Origin: Takakia lepidozioides
Lineage: Eukaryota; Plantae; Bryophyta
Reading direction: 5' to 3'
Assembly (NCBI GenBank): GCA_030704615.1
Contig: CM060733.1
Location: 27,714,001-27,778,000 of the forward strand
DNA length: 64,000 nt
Part shown: one piece after another, positions 62,199 through 64,000 of the stretch
How positions within the stretch are numbered: position 1 is the stretch's first letter
Layout: the number at the start of each line of letters is the position of its first letter
The notes under the pieces: generated by a model
What the model was told of the DNA's origin: nothing
The model's input: the letters and a program-made list of their open reading frames with translations, nothing else
The model's database searches: none
Program-made: the position numbers and the translations under genes

Positions 62199-63356
62199 AT
62201 AATTGGGTCTTGAATGCAACTATGGGCCCCGCCAGTACGGCCCATGGGGTGAGCTCATGAACCCACCCCCCTTTCACCGGGTCTAGATTCTGAATTTTTT
62301 CTAAGTCCTAGTTCTTTAACGACGGCGGGCCTTCTAGCGGACTGGCCAAACCCTCAACAGATTGACTCCAACTGGCGAGCGGACTGACCGGTAGCTCTCG
62401 CTCGCCTGACCGGTAGCTCTCAGGCCCCACTGTGGACTTTTCTTTAGGTTTTTGCTCTCTCTCTATCCCATTTATAGCCCATCTCTTCAATGAAGCAGTG
62501 CAACATGGCTTTCCAACAGAGTGGACAAAGAGCATCATCCACCCCCTCTTCAAGAGAGGTGATAGGCTCGCACCGACCAACTATCGCACAATTATGGTGT
62601 CTTCGTTACTGGCTAAACTGTTTGGGGCACTAGTGGCCATGGAACTGGATGATTGGGCTGAATCCTCTCACATGCGTGCTATTGGGCAAGCAGGTTTCCG
62701 TCGCAACTGATCCGCTCTTGACCACATTGCCACTTTCAGACTATGGTAGAATGTGCAAGCTATGACAAAAGAATGGTGTATGTTTGCTTGGTAGACTTTC
62801 GAAAGGCTTTTGATTTGGGTCCTCGAGACCTTTTCCAGCGACTCCACAGGATGGGGGTCCCTCCAGACATCATCTATGCCATCTGATCCATGTATGAGAT
62901 TGTCTTTGGCATGGTCAACGTCGCAGGGGAATTCTCAGCAGAGGTGCATAGCAACACTGGGGTCAAATAGGGCTGCCCCGTCTCACCTACCCTTTTCGGA
63001 TCTACATTGACGACAGACTCCTTCGGACCCTCCTCAAACAAAATATATGTTTATTTATTAATACACGTTACCACCACAAAGTCACCTGCGAAGATTTGAG
63101 AAATAAGCCTCATGTCCATCATAAATTGTACATTACCATCACACTAGCTGTTTCTTTCTAGAAACAATTGGATAATTAGTTATATATCTACATATCTTCA
63201 GGTGTTTTGTGGGCCCAACAGACTCACTCCCCCTGTGGCTTCCCCTACGCGCGTCCCGGGCCGGCTCACCCGAGCATACTGACCCCGCCGGGTAGGGGTC
63301 GCCCCACCCTGTGGGACCGCCACAACCGCACGTCCCCGCATTGAAGACCCTATTAT
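62199..63356. mobile_element. Non-autonomous TIR element (PIF/Harbinger-like termini) containing a LINE RT fragment
   Basis: ataattgggtcttgaatgc (62199-62217) vs gcattgaagaccctattat (63338-63356): 17/19 inverted match. Confidence 0.65.
62440..63010 (+). pseudogene. Non-LTR (RTE/L2-like) reverse transcriptase N-terminal fragment
   Basis: FPTEW..IHPLFKRGD..NYRTI..QAGFR, VDFRKAFD, GVK*GCPVSPTLFG. Confidence 0.85.
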
Positions 63357-64000
63357 CAAACAGTGAGAAGCGTGGGAAGGCTGGGAGTGCGTTTAATTGA
63401 TGTGGGAAGGCTGGGAGTGCGTTTAACAGGCAATATCGTTTTCAAAAATTCCAGAAAAATTGTATAGCTCAAGTGGGACTTGGTAGTTGGCTTGCAGATG
63501 TCGTAGTGATCTGCATCTTCAATTATGTAGTTGTGAGTCCTTGACATCGAAATAGCTGAAGCATGTTCCACCACCATTGTTGGAGTCTGCACACAGCATT
63601 GCATGCATTACATGGCCATCAGCACAGGCCACTAAAACTTCCAAGACACACCATCTGAATTGATCAATCCTCCACTTCATGAGTTGGAGTACTGATACCA
63701 CACATTGCACATACATGCTTCACCAGCATTGCTCAGCCAAGTCCCTCTCCTCACGACATCAATGCGAATCAATCACGGCCTATGAATTCCCATTGTAAAA
63801 TATTTTGTAAGATAGTGCTTGTTGCTCCAATTTTGTTTCCGGGAACAATGTACAACATCTGTAACTCTACAAGTGTGAAACTTGACCCTACCTTTCCTTG
63901 TATCTTGGTGGGCCTGCCTTCCCCAAAGGCACAAATGTTGATGTTGGCGGCACCAATCAAGAAGTCGTTAGATAGTTCCACTAAGTCGTTAGATAGTTCC
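63356..64000 (-). CDS. 3' end of an alpha/beta-hydrolase-domain (SERAC1/PGAP1-like) gene; exons 63892->64000 and 63356-63586
   Basis: ICAFGEGRPT|..VVEHASA..IEDADHYDICKP..SYTIFLEFL matches the C-terminal catalytic-His region of this hydrolase type; GT-AG intron. Confidence 0.65.

Overview
Nuclear DNA of a land plant, probably a seed-free lineage. That inference rests on intronless PLS-DYW PPR genes, a bryophyte-type alpha/beta-hydrolase exon pair and non-angiosperm catalase intron positions; the species cannot be determined. Host genes: two divergently oriented H2A.Z paralogs ~41 kb apart (the left one runs off the window), a small unknown 'WPQGW' protein, two convergent PLS-DYW RNA-editing PPR genes (one intact, one frameshifted) with an orphan two-exon TFIIF-alpha (RAP74) fragment between them, NMD3, a 6-exon Yip1-family gene, a complete 10-exon 492-aa catalase, and the 3' end of an alpha/beta-hydrolase gene. 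The interval 17.5-39.4 kb is a transposon nest: two back-to-back copies of a decayed chromodomain Ty3/gypsy family, an L1-like LINE fragment, and the stand-out element. That element is a Ty3/gypsy retrotransposon whose pol carries a complete C5 cytosine DNA-methyltransferase domain between protease and RT and a C4HC3 PHD finger after integrase. It has near-identical LTR segments, a cleanly inverted ~1-kb gag segment, and mostly homopolymer-type frameshifts suggesting it is close to intact. A 500-N scaffold gap lies at 39431-39930. All calls were made by eye; no searches were run.
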